A stretch of DNA of 64,000 nt, taken from assembly GCA_964106645.2 (NCBI GenBank), contig OZ067045.1; one strand, written 5' to 3'. This document shows positions 49,136 through 61,027 of the stretch, one piece after another. The notes beneath the pieces are model-generated. The model was not told the DNA's origin, made no database searches, and saw only the letters and a program-made list of their open reading frames with translations. A program made the translations under genes and the position numbers. The stretch's first letter is position 1. Each line of letters starts with the position of its first letter. This DNA is from Podarcis pityusensis. Taxonomy: Eukaryota.

Positions 49136-49350
49136 AGAATCATAGAATTATAGAATTGGAAGGGGTACCAAGGGTCTTCTAGTCCAACCCCCTGCAATCA
49201 CAGGTGACAGGTGGTCATCCAACCTCTGTTTAAAACCCCCCAACAAAGTAGGGTTCACACCTTCTAAGGGAGTGTATTCCACTGTCTAATAGCTCTTAGC
49301 CATCAGAAAGCTGTAACATTTAGTTGGAATCTCCTTTCTTGTTTCATTGG
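49136..49350 (-). mobile_element. CR1 3' fragment, inserted in a decayed L2 fragment (about 48975-49495)
   Basis: cagaatcatagaattatagaattggaagggg...ctagtccaaccccctgca is the reverse complement of a CR1 terminus. The flanks are L2-like (gctaagttcaaggtgctg... and ...gcctttggtgtggcagcacc). Confidence 0.8.
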
Positions 49351-49673
49351 TTTGAGGCCTACCCAATGTAGGAACCAGGCCTTTGGTGTGGCAGCACCTA
49401 CTCTTTGAAACACCGCCCCCATTCCACATGAGGCAAGCACAATCTCAGTTATTCTTCCAGTGACTCCTGAAGACCTTCCATGTCCAGCAAGCCTGGACTT
49501 TTTTCTTTTTTAAAAAAACGTTTAGGGGTATTTCCATTTTCTCTCATTTTGACTCTAGCGAATCACCATTTTATAGTTCAAATCGGGGAAAAGAAATACA
49601 GTAAATGAACAAAAGTACAAAGATTCACAAAATGTTTAAGGGTATTCGTACCCCTGCATCCCCCCCCCCGAAG

Positions 49674-49677
<4 letters not shown>

Positions 49678-49727
<50 letters not shown>
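49678..49727. repeat. (CT)n(GT)n compound microsatellite
   Basis: Seen directly. Confidence 0.95.
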
Positions 49728-49728
<1 letters not shown>

Positions 49729-51053
49729 TCTCAACATTTTTTTTGATTTTTAATGTTCTTACTCATCACTTGGATGTGTTTCATGGGAAGTGATTGGGAA
49801 ATGCAATAAATAGTGCTAGCATTGGGGAGCGTAATAATAAGGTGGCAAAGCAGCAGTTAGGCTCAGCATTAGTAACTGCAGGGAGACCTTAACAAAAGAA
49901 AACACAAGCAGGTGACAGGTTTGCAAAAGAGAAGGGGGCAAAAGTGTTGCGCAGAACTCATTGCTCATGATCTGTGATGCCTTCCAAGGCGTATGGCAAG
50001 CATTTATTGGCACACATGCTAATGTGGATAAAATCTACTGGGTTCTTGGAAAAACAATCACTTCATCCTTGTTACCGGAGGGCTGAATCTGGGTCAACAG
50101 ATGCATTTTGGATAGGCACCAATTCTTAAATGATTTAGGATTCTGATCTGGGGAGGTGGGATGGGAGGGGGAAGGTTAGACTCTACAACAGTTCACAGCA
50201 GAAGGAGTGCCCTTTGCTCAATGTCCAATTTTGTTTGCTTGCCTCCTATTACATCTCTGCGAGCCCTGAATGTTATAAAACACATCTCTCATAAACAGAG
50301 AAGGGATTCGGCTAAACAGCTCTAATGGGCACCAATGCTCCGGATTATAGCTTGATACAAGTTCAAGTTATTTATATGTGTTTCAACTGAAAACATCCCG
50401 TCTGGATTTTGAATATCACAAGATTAATCTTGCTAAGGCATAACCGTGCAGATGGTCAGACAAGAAAAATTAGACAAATATGAAAATAATAATAATATAC
50501 TCTTCTTGTGCAACGGAAAATATGATTTGTCTTCCAAGGAGATTATAACCGGAGCTACTGTAGCAAAGAAAATCTGATCTTGCAGAAACATTCTCTCTTT
50601 TTTTTGGCTCCAAGTTTCCTTTGTCTTTTAAACACATGCCTCATTCAGCCAAAAGGTGATCAAGAAATCTAAAGCTCACCTCCACTCCTCAAACATGTTA
50701 AAAAAAAAGGGTTGATAAGCTAAGCAAGCATTTCTACTCTTTGTAACCTAAATGCAGGATTACAGTAATGCACTGAAAACTGGGATGTCCTTAAGAACAT
50801 AAGAATTGTTTTGAGTGATTCCAGCTGAAAGTTTCATTTTGCAGGCAGCCCAGAAAACTATTCTTACTGGGTGATTGAAAAATGGAGTGAATCAATAAAA
50901 TTGAAATCAGGACCAAGGCTGCTCTTCAGAAGGATCTGGCCCTGTTCTCTCTAACCAGGTGCTCTCTACATGTTTTGGACTATGATGCCCAGGATTCCTG
51001 ACTTGCTGCCTCAGGTTGAATGTCCTGAATCTTCCAATATTTGGCTTCATTGG

Positions 51054-51121
51054 ATCATAGAATCAGAGTTGGAAAGGACCCAAAGGGTTGTCTAGTCCAA
51101 CCCTCTGCAATGCAGGAATCT
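51054..51121 (-). mobile_element. Short CR1 3' terminus
   Basis: atcatagaatcagagttggaaaggaccc...tctagtccaaccctctgcaatgcaggaatc. Confidence 0.75.
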
Positions 51122-51311
51122 CAAAATCTCAAAAGGCTTTCAATTGCCCACAAATGTTACTTTTCTATTGCCCCAGCACCTCTTCTAAGTGAGTTCCCAA
51201 ATGTGATGTAGATATCTGAGCCATGGGGGACCACAAACAGTGACTCCCTCAAAGATCTCAGTGATCAGGCAGAGATATTATCGGACAGTCCTTTGGTATC
51301 CTGGTATACCT

Positions 51312-51635
51312 GAGTGGCATTCAACTAAGTTTTACTCTGAGTAGATGCATTGAAATTAATGACTGTGACTAAGAGCTTGTCCACACTTCCTCTTGTCCCG
51401 CTGTTTCCCCCCAAGGAAAACTGCTCTTTAGTGCTCAGTTGGAGTAAACAGCAATTTGGGTTTCCCCGGGATTACTATTCATTCTGGTCTATTATTTTCC
51501 CTTGTAAAGGAACAGAACAAGGAGGAGGCCACTCAGACCCTTGCTTTTTAGGCACGGCACAAGCAGAAGTCTGAATGAGCCCTAAGTTTGGTTAATTTCA
51601 ATGGGTCTATTCTGAATAAAACGTAGTTGAATAAT
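51312..51635. mobile_element. Palindromic AT-rich MITE split by a Harbinger-like MITE; relatives at about 7585-7670, 52626-52745 and 63805-63930
   Basis: Arms attcaactaagttttactctgagtagatgcattgaaattaa and ttaatttcaatgggtctattctgaataaaacgtagttgaat. Confidence 0.7.
51373..51582. mobile_element. PIF/Harbinger-like MITE
   Basis: Ends gagcttgtccacacttc and gaagtctgaatgagccc, with TAA on both flanks (51370-51372 and 51583-51585). Confidence 0.75.
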
Positions 51636-53029
51636 ATGCTTACTTTTTGTGTGTTTTATTTATTTATTTTTTAAAAGACAAACCTGGAAATAGGCCCCAA
51701 TGATGCAGTTTGCAATATATTATTGAACATGGGGCCTCAAGGTCTACAAATCAACTCAGGTTTGGCAGGAGGAACCAAAAGGAAGCCGGCATATCTCTCC
51801 ACCAGGAAAGAGTGTGAATGCTGTAAAAAGCCAAGGCAAAGATGACCCATATCCAATTTGCAACAAAGCACTGGAGCACTGACAAATGGCGGATGCCAGA
51901 TCAAAGATGGCTGGCAAGGACCAGTGCAACTCACATAGAACTATGGGGGGGGGGGGTTAGGGGGTAGAGAGACCAAAGGATCAAAATATTGGCAGCAATC
52001 TCCTTGATGTCTTTCCTTTCCAAATCAACTGGGCAAATGGCAAGGAAGCCTTTCCCGTCCAATCTCTGCTCCCTGATGATCAGTGTTCTGTAGCTGTAAT
52101 TACAGCCTTACATTTGTATATCAACTGACTAATATACTGGGCACATTCTATTGCATCGGGAACACATTTGCATGAAGACTAGGCTCCAAAACCCACACAC
52201 AGCCATAGAGTGCTCAGAGTGCAGTCCCCCCCCCCCCCAGCTGGCCTGAAAAACTGCTGACTGCCTGGAGATGTTTGTTAGTGAAACCTTGGAAGTGGAC
52301 ACCTCGCTTTTTAAGAAGGAAAGATGGTGAAGAGGGTTTCATCAATCCTGCATTTGTTCATTTATTTTCCCTTGCTGCTTTCTAACTCCTTTGATTCACC
52401 TCACCTTAATCTCCGTAGGTTCTCAATTGTGACATCTGCTAGGGGCAGGCAAATTCCCAGCAAAAGAAAACAGCCATCAATCTTTAACTAGTACTAGCAT
52501 TGGTGCTCCTACAGCTAAGTAGCTATTGGCAGAGATTGACCTGGGTGCTGCCTATGCGCTTGCTGCTGCGCCTCTCTAACATTTGTCCAGCTTATGCATC
52601 TCTAAAGGAGCACATTATAAAGACTCAGGGTTGTATCCAATGCTAGTCCAACTCAAAAGCAGACCCGTGGAAGGTGATGGACACGACTCGCTTGGTTTCA
52701 TTAGTTCAATAGGTCAAATTGGAGGATAATGTAGTTGGGTGCAATGTAGTGCACATCTCTAGTGATTCAGCCAAAAATGGTCATTGACTCTGGAAAGAAT
52801 AGTCCACTGGTCCACTTCGAACCATTCATTGAAGAGTCAGCACAAAACATTGGGAGAAATGTAGTAGACACAATTAAAGGAAACCAGCCAGCCACTTGTC
52901 TTTCCAAGGGGCTGGCATGGTATTCAGCAGAGAGCATTCCTTTTCCTGAGAGCTTAGCCCACCAAAGGCCATTAGAATATCATGGGTTAATCTATGGGTG
53001 GTGTGTTCTGACTCCTTTGGGCTTTGTGG

Positions 53030-53031
<2 letters not shown>

Positions 53032-53069
<38 letters not shown>
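53032..53069. repeat. (CA)n microsatellite
   Basis: Seen directly. Confidence 0.95.
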
Positions 53070-53071
<2 letters not shown>

Positions 53072-55159
53072 TTCTCCAAAGGATTCCTACAATGTCACGT
53101 TTATATAACCTGGATGAATCCCAACTTAATTAAATTGCCCGGGGACCAACTGCCTGTGTCAATATAATATTGGGACAGGCTGGGGGGAAGCTCTCCATTT
53201 ATGTGGATGTGTCATGGCTCAGTGGCTGCTGTTCTGTCAAGCATCTGGCAGAGTCGTCTCATCCGATTCGTAGGAACAAGCTCTGCTTTTGCATTTTGGA
53301 ATTCGACAAAAGATCACCCAGCTGCCAGTGGACCATCAAAGCCTAAAGACCAAATAAGTGCCTGGATTGCCTCCAGCAGCCCTTTTGCAGGCCTTATTAT
53401 TACTGACAATGGAGTCGGAATCACAAAAGCAGCAAGACTGCAAACGTAACCGTGTGCCAGGGCTTTGAACATCATCGGCAGCTGTTGCGACAGGAGTTCT
53501 TGCAGGCAGGAACAGCAACGATGGTGGGCAACATCTCCAAGCAGATGCCTGCAAAAACCTGACCCCACTTTAGAGCTGCAGGACAAATCTCTCTTTCATT
53601 TTCTTACTGGAATGTGAAATATGAACAGTGAAAGATGCCGAAGGCCTGTCCAAATCCGGAAAAGGATTTGTGCTTCCATGCATAAGCTGTGGCTGCACAA
53701 CTTCTCTCTTGCCTGGCAAGAAGCAGGATAAATCCTAGCAACAACCTGACTCAGAATGACTTCCTATGGGAAGGGTGGGGAGTCTCAGGCCTGGAGGCCA
53801 TACACAGCCCACCAGGTCTCTCTTTATCCCCAGGGCCCAATGACTGACTAGGCCCCTTTTATCTGGACCCTGAGCCTCTCCACAAGCTACACACCCCTCC
53901 CTGGCCCTTTTTGGAGTCTTCCTCAGTTACTTTTGTTTGACTGGATTGTGTTCTTGAACTGATGTAATGCCTCCTGTTTGATGGGATGGAGGACTCTAAC
54001 TTTCCACAGTTGAAAGAAAGGTACCAAGTACATCAGTTGCCCTACCCACGTCTCCCATTGGCATGTGGTCCCCAGAAGATTGCTCATGAGGGAATGAGGT
54101 CTTTGAGCCAAGAAAAGTTTCCTCAGCCCTTCAGTTGGTGACTGACCAGATACTGTGATGTGGTCCATTGATGCAACACACGTTCTTACCTTTTGCTCCT
54201 GGATTGCAGGATGTTGGGGTGCAGTCCAACTCTACAATTCTAGGATTCTATATTCACTACCTGCCATCTTTGTTGAATGCTGTTTGTCTCTCCCAATGCT
54301 GCTCTTCGAGTTCTCTCTCTACCCAGCTCAGAAACTCTCCATTGACTGAAATCAATCTCACTCTGTGCTGGCCAGCATGTAAATGCATTATCTTTTCCTT
54401 TCATCCCCCTCCCCCCAAATTTAATAAGAGAAAACAGAGCCTGTGGACTGTTTTGGCATAGTTTATATGCCCCCCGAACCACACCACATGTGAGATTGCA
54501 AGCAAAATTGCAACCCCTTTAAAACATGGCCAGAAATGTGCACTTTGCAGTGTCCCCCATGCTCTCTCTATCTCTATCTCTTATTTTAAAAAAGAAATAC
54601 AGCCTTTCCTCAAAGTTTACACTATCTGTGTAATTTTGCAACTGAGGATTAGAGAGGATTAAGTCATTGCTAGACTGTGTCTCCCAGGGAGTGTTGGCAA
54701 AGATATTTCTTTCACACATTTCCAAGATGAGTCAAGGCTTTGGACTGGTTTCAATAGAGGTTGCTTTGTATAGAGTATCATAAAGGAGAGTGTGGCCCAA
54801 AATTGTAAATCTAGTTTCACAGTTTGCCCATCCTTACTTTTTAAAATGGAAAAAAAACCATTGTGGAAATCATCAGTGGAAAACAATCTCCATTTCGCCC
54901 ATAGAACATATCACATCCATTAAAAAGGTATATATTCTGCATGTATTGTATAAATAAGATAGTACGTAAATATAAACACAAATAACAGCTCAGAGCCTGC
55001 CATTTCCTTTGCTCCTGCTGGATCTTTTACCATCAAGTATCCTGTAGGAAGTATCTCAGCAGAGCAGGGATAGTCAACCATTGGTCATTCAGGTTAGAGC
55101 CAGGGATGCGGTACGGCCACATCAGCACCATAACAAGCCTCCTCCACTAATATGTCACA

Positions 55160-55980
55160 TTTATTTCATTTATTTGATTCATAAATTTTATGTGTTTGAT
55201 TTGTAAAAAGACCAAACCTTGAAGCAAAAATACCCAATAAAATTATAAATAAAAACAGTTAAAAGCAACAATTTAAAACCCTGCCCTGAAAAAAGTATTA
55301 ATCAAATGATAAGCTAAGAACCAGATTAAAAGACATGTCAACATTCTACATGTCTTTGTAAAAAAAAAGGTAAAGGACCCCTGACAGTTAAGTCCAGTCG
55401 CGAACGATTCTGGGGTTGCGCTGCTCATCTCACTTTACTGGCCAAGGGAGCCGACGTTTGTCCACAGACAGTTTTTCTGGGTCATGTGGCCAGTATGACT
55501 AAGCCGCTTCTGGCAAAACCAGAGCAGTGCACAGAAATGCCGTTTACCTTCCCACCGGAGCGGTACCTATTTATCTACCTGCACCTGACGTGCTTTTGAA
55601 CTGCTAGGTTGGCAGGAGCTGGGACAGAGCAACGGGAGCTCACCCCGTCACAGGGATTCGAACTGCCAACCTTCTGATCGGCAAGCCCTAGGCTCAGTGG
55701 TTTAGACCACAGCCAAGTGTCTTTGTAGGCTTGCCTAAACAAAAGTGTTTTAGCAGGTACCTAAAAGAGTACAGTGAATGTGCCTGCCTGCTGTCACTAA
55801 GCAGGGAGTTCCAAAGTGTGGGTGCTGCTACACCAAAAAATCAATCTTTTGCAAATACAGAATGAATATTACATGATGCTTGTAACACTGTCAGTTCTGC
55901 AGACTGAGAGCAGCTAAGTTAGCATATATGGAATAAGATGATCTTGCAGGTAAACTGGTTAGGGGCTCTTTTGTTACTCC
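55160..55980 (-). mobile_element. Decayed L2 3' fragment interrupted by a Sauria SINE
   Basis: (ATTT)-type tail at 55160. After the SINE, gcctaaacaaaagtgttttagcagg...agggagttccaaagtgtgggtgctgc is the reverse complement of an AAP.LWNSL-type motif. Confidence 0.6.
55361..55717 (-). mobile_element. Sauria SINE, near full length
   Basis: Reverse-complement homologue of 16331-16702, tail aaaggtaaagg. 10-bp TSD tgtctttgta (55351-55360 and 55718-55727). Confidence 0.92.
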
Positions 55981-58036
55981 AATGCATTTTTCCCCCCTGA
56001 ATTGAAAGTGGTTCGGATCCATAGCAAACATTTCTTTCTGTCCTTCCTAGAATACCCACTGTCACTGCCTCCTGTTTCCCTCCACTTTTGAAACTGCAAA
56101 ATGTGACTTTGCTATTGAAAGCCATTAAGGAGAGATAATATTTCATTCAGGTGAGCATTGCCTTTCCGCTTGAAGGGGGTGGGGGACCACCATTGTGAGC
56201 TTAGTACAGAATTTAATTTGATGTATATCTGCAGGAAGTAAGCCTGACATAAAAATAAAAAAATAAAAATATTTTTTTTAAAAAAGTAAGAGCTCACAGC
56301 TGGGTTCAATATGGGATTTGACACTGTTTTCCTCTAAGCTCTTTACCAAATGGGTACACTTTCTGAAATAGCCACATGTCCACCTTATTATGATCTTTCC
56401 TGGAAAAAGCAACAACCCCAGAAATACCTTTAATCTGAAATATGACATTCACACGCTTACTTTGCAAAAGAGCTGACAAAATATGAATGGTTTTATTTAC
56501 CGTGTGCGTGCGGTTTTATTAAAAGTTGGGCTTCTCGTCAAAGCACTGCTGTTAAGTCGTATGCCATCAGTGTGCCCTGTTCTTCATTAAAACAGGCAGG
56601 ATATCAAAGCAAAATGCATACAAACACATAAATGGAGAGGAATTTGAGGGCTGAGCTGTAATCTGCACAATGGCAGTGGCTAAGGATCACCACCAGTGAT
56701 AAAGGAATTCAGATTTGGGCTGCAGAGCCAGAACTTGGAACAAGCTCTTGGTGGCTCAAGCATCAAGATTGAAAAAGTTTCCTCTAGCCATTAGCCACAG
56801 AGGGGACGGGAATGAATGGTCACAATCATGCATATCCAGCCACACAACCCAGCCAGCTGTGGACACAATGGGATATTTCTTGTTGGTTATGGGAAGATGC
56901 GCTATAGGCCAGTTTATAAAGCTGGTATGGGGTAAATGTGCTCCTCACCCCCACATTCCCATCACCCTCCAGCTTGCAAAATCCAAGGAATATATCTCCA
57001 GAACACAAACTGTTTCTGTCATTTGGAATTCTGTTTCAGTGAATCTATCTGGTACAACAGAACCTCACAGTCTGGCTTAAAATCTGGCAGAAATGGATTT
57101 TGTCAGTATTTCTACCCAGTATGTGATGCCCTCTTGAAGATGCAGTGAGCACCCCAAACATCAGCCATAGTAAGCATTACGCCTGGTTAGGCCAACATTT
57201 AAGAACAGGCCTACAAAGGCCTCCCGTTCCCATCTGGCTGACGTCTTCTGGGCCTTTTCCATAGAGTTCTTTATCCACCCCTTATCCGCCCCTTATCCCT
57301 TTCAAACATCTGGTGCTTGAGCTCCATCAGTGGCTCCTGCCTCCTGCCTCAGTTGTTTTCATGCCAGAGCATTGAACATCTTGTAGTATCAAGGAGGACA
57401 CCAGCCAAAGCACCAGCTTCCAGAGGGGACACCGATCCAGTTTTCCCATTGTCAGCACAATTCCTTCAAGCGAGAGCTAATCCAGTGACATGCTTGTCTG
57501 ATGGGCTTCTTGCCATCCGTGTACATAGACAGAGGCATGACCTGAGGCTCTGGGCCATTCCAAGTGGTACTAACGAAACCTTCCTAGCCAGAACTCTACC
57601 AGGCAACTCTGGGCATTGTTTGGGTCTGCCAGAGCCAGGAAAGAGAAGCTTCTGCAAAATCATTATCCAGGAAAGCTAACAGCAGGGGCCAAACAAAGCA
57701 TTAGTGGAGATCCAAAGCAGCTAGAAAAGTATTTTTAAAACGGAAGAGGAACCTAAACTTTTCTGAAGAAAATGGTGTTGACCAAAACAGTATTCATCAT
57801 ATAATCAAACTGGCATGTATGGATGGGTTATTCATCCCATTCTCCAAACTGGGCATGAGACAGGACCAGCCAAAAATGGTGCCTCCTCATTCCATGCATG
57901 GGAGAGGCCTTAGCTCAGTGGTAGAGTATCTGCAGGGTAATGCCAACTGTAAGGAAGGGGAAATGGCACATCAGTGGGTTTTTTGGCTATGGAAGTGTAT
58001 AGGGCATATATCAGGGCTATAGGACTGCTTGGGGGC

Positions 58037-58086
58037 AGTATAGGGTTTGCAAGGTGATTGGAGTATAGGAGTTTGCAAGGTGATTG
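58037..58086. repeat. About 25-bp tandem duplication
   Basis: agtatagggtttgcaaggtgattgg followed by agtataggagtttgcaaggtgattg. Confidence 0.85.
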
Positions 58087-58288
58087 ACTGCACTTCATCC
58101 CACCTCCTCAGGCGGTCACTACCCAACCTTTCCCTTGGCTCTCTGAACCCTCTTAAAACACCAAGGGCTCTCTCAATAGACCTTAGGAAAGGATCCCCGT
58201 GGATTTTAGGTTCTGTGCTATTTCCAAGAGTTCACCTAGAATACATTCATGTGATTCCTTAAAGGCTGAAACGATCAAATTAAACCCA

Positions 58289-58490
58289 GCGCTCATTAAC
58301 ACTTACCTTTCTAGGCACAGTTCCAGGTTCTCCAGGTCCTCGTCTGAGCTGTTGCTGTTGTTATTGTTTGTCTGGTGCTTTCCCCAGGAAAACCCGGGTT
58401 TTACCACTGGGTTGCTGTTTGCTCCAATTTGGTGGTAAAATGTGGGTTTCTCTGGGAAAATGCCACCAGGACAAAACACACAGAGACACA
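58289..58490. mobile_element. Harbinger-like palindromic MITE, right end lost
   Basis: Begins gcgctcattaacacttacctt. Internal inverted arms ccccaggaaaaccc...ttttaccac and gtggtaaaa...gggtttctctggg. Confidence 0.6.
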
Positions 58491-58550
58491 CACCTGCTTG
58501 GAAACAGACCTGGAAAGTCTGGACCTGTCCCTTGAAAGCATGGAGCAAAA

Positions 58551-58827
58551 GGGCTTATCTACACTTACCTTTCCTATACTCTTTCCAGGCATGGTCCACA
58601 ATTTAAAGCTCTCTGTTCAAGTACTTTTTATTTTTTTTCGCACTAGAGCTTTCCTGGCAAAAACCCACTCTTTAAAGCTCAATCGGAGCAAACGTCAATC
58701 TGAGGAAAATCTGAATTGATGTTTGCTCCGATTCAGCTTTAATGAGCAGGTTTTTGTGGGGGAATCTCTAGGCAAAAAGAAAAATAAAAACCCACAAGCA
58801 GGGCATAAGGTAAGTGCGGATAAGCCT
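58551..58827. mobile_element. Harbinger-like palindromic MITE
   Basis: 21-bp TIRs gggcttatctacacttacctt and aaggtaagtgcggataagcct, central hairpin aatcggagcaaac/gtttgctccgatt, flanks aaa and taa. Confidence 0.8.
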
Positions 58828-58879
58828 TAAATGTGAATGAATCCATAGTACATTAGTTCAGCTGTTTCATTCTTTGTGT

Positions 58880-58893
58880 CCACTAGATGGCAT
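58880..58893 (+). promoter_or_regulatory. CTCF motif candidate
   Basis: CCACTAGATGGCAT fits the CTCF core CCASYAGRKGGCR. Confidence 0.45.
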
Positions 58894-59287
58894 GAGGAAA
58901 TCATTCTCTTCATAAGAATGCATTCCCGACTTCCTGATTTGACTGCCTTTCAAATCTGCAGACTTTTTAAAGACAGATTGAGTGTGAATAGAACAATCTA
59001 TTTTGCTTTTCAAAATTTTAATTCGTTTTCCTGAAAATTGTAAGGTTTCCCAAAAAATTATGAACAAACCAATCACATGATATATGATTATATGCAACAC
59101 ATAACATCTAAAGCTGTTTATGCTGAGTGTATATTGACACGTAAGAGAATAAGGGCAATCATCCAATGAAATAAAAGGTGATCTAACTCACTAATCTATC
59201 AGCTGCATTTGCATATGTCTAAAATAAAGACTTTGTGGCAGAGCAACTGCTTTGCATGTGTAAGTTCCCAGGTTCAATCCTCTTGTC

Positions 59288-59539
59288 CAGGGGTCAGCAA
59301 ACTTTTTCAGCAGGGGGCCAGTCCACTGTCCCTCAGACCTTGTGGGGGGCTGGACTATATTTTTTTTTGGGGGGGGAGAACAAATTCCTATGCCCCACAA
59401 ATAACCCAGAGATGCATTTTAAATAAAAGCACACATTCTACTCATGTAAAAGCATGCTGATTCCCGGACCCTCCGCGGGCTGGATTTAGAAGGCGATTGG
59501 GCCAGATTTGGCCCCTGGGCCTTGGTTTACCTACCCATG
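59288..59539. mobile_element. Young hAT (Charlie-type) MITE, copy 2, inserted in a Squam2-like SINE head (about 59230-59287)
   Basis: Ends caggggtcagcaaact and ggtttacctacccatg. Perfect 8-bp TSD ctcttgtc (59280-59287 and 59540-59547). Confidence 0.92.
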
Positions 59540-60128
59540 CTCTTGTCAGCTGGACTCCTGTAGAGAAGGGCATCCCAATGCTGTATCCCATTTGTGGACC
59601 ACACAATCTTGAGATCATTTTCCCTATTGCAAATCCAAGAGCGATACCAACAGAAATGTCATTGGCAGGTGGTGTTGATGGAAACGGCAGATGCTCTTTC
59701 ACTCATTTCCCCTTTGAAAAATCCCTAGCTTACCAGCTCAAGAAGAAAACCTGGTACAATTGAATTAAGTAACACTGGCAATTTCCTTTTGGACTTTTAC
59801 AAGGACATATTTAATAATAAAAATAACATTTTAAATAAATAAATGTAAGCTCTTCAACAACAACAGTTTCGACCAAGTATCTGTGAGTAATAGCCTGGAT
59901 TAAAAAACAGAGTTACACAAACTTAAACCTTTGCTTGAGGGGTATTGAATATACTAGGGCCAAGACTGCATCATAAATGTACACAAGTACTCAATGTGAT
60001 TTGCTTTTTAATACTAGAAAATGAAAGAGGATAAAAAGGAGGAGAACTCCTTTAGATCAGACCAAACCTCCACCTAATACAGCATCCTACCCCAATGTTT
60101 TATGAAAGTCCTTGAGGTCAACACCTCT

Positions 60129-60412
60129 CTCTGGGCGGCTTCCAACTGAATATTAAAAACAATACAGCATCAGACATTAAAAACTTCCCTAAACAGGGCC
60201 ACCTTCAGTTGTCTTTTAAAAGTAAAATAGTTGTTTATTGCCTTGACATCTGCTGGGAGGGCGTTCCACAGGGCGGGCGCCACTACTGAGAAGACCCTCT
60301 GCCTGGTTCCCTGTAACCTCACTTCTCGCAGCAAGGGAACCACCAGAAGGCCCTCGGCGCTAGACCTCAGTGTCCGGGCTGGATGATGGGGGTGGAGACG
60401 CTCCTTCAGGTA
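60129..60412 (-). mobile_element. L2 LINE fragment lacking both 5' end and 3' tail, embedded in an old CR1 3'UTR (about 60030-60475)
   Basis: YLKERLHPHHPARTLRSS...RVFSVVAPALWNALP...FKRQLK..LF, closely similar to 24450-24735. Confidence 0.88.
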
Positions 60413-60701
60413 TTTGCCATTGTTTGCCACCTCTAGCAACTGGTGATAAGAAGTCTGCTGCCTCTTAATTAGAGCCAACTAGACCCACCCTACAGGAACC
60501 TACGTGATCCACAATTGCAGATTGTGTATTTATCGGAAACATTTATACATCACCTTTTATAATGAATGTTAAATAGTACTGGGCCTCATCTAGATCCTTT
60601 TGTGTATGGTGTGGGGGGGTCATCTTTGGGTTGCATTAGTCTAAACAGAATTAGATGATGAGGATGACAATGATGCAATGCAACAAGAGAAATCTAAGCT
60701 G

Positions 60702-60715
60702 CCACCAGAGGGCAC
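60702..60715 (+). promoter_or_regulatory. CTCF motif candidate
   Basis: TG-CCACCAGAGGGCAC-T, a full match to CCASYAGRKGGCRS. Confidence 0.55.
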
Positions 60716-60811
60716 TTCATACTAAGTTGTCACTTCATATTACTAAATTAAAGGGAAGGAAAGGAATGGGAATTGTGATTCTTCTTGGAAATGCTGGAAG
60801 GTATTCAGTGC

Positions 60812-60868
60812 AAAGCCGCCCAGAGTGGCCGGGGAAGCCCAGCCAGATGGGCGGGGTATAAATAATAA

Positions 60869-60912
<44 letters not shown>
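60812..60912 (+). mobile_element. Terminal ~100 bp of L2 with (TTA)n tail
   Basis: aagccgcccagagtggccggggaagcccagccagatgggcggggtataaataataaa(tta)n matches the 3' end of the L2 at 24376-24462. Confidence 0.85.
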
Positions 60913-60913
<1 letters not shown>

Positions 60914-61027
60914 AAGGTTGCAGCATTTGTGGCTTTTTAGTTTGGGAAGAGGTGAGTACGAGGTGCAAGGTGTGGAGCAAGTAAGTAGATAAAAGTTTGT
61001 TTTTTTCTCCCTCCCTCCTTCATAATA

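Noticed and set aside
60129-60912. Apparent 700-bp inversion splitting one L2 (body on - at 60129-60412, missing tail on + at 60812-60912)
   Set aside because: The old CR1 3'UTR flanking the L2 body continues in the same orientation on both sides (60030-60128 and 60413-60475), so the intervening DNA is not inverted. The overlapping 24 bp also differ at 3 adjacent bases. Two independent insertions is the simpler explanation.
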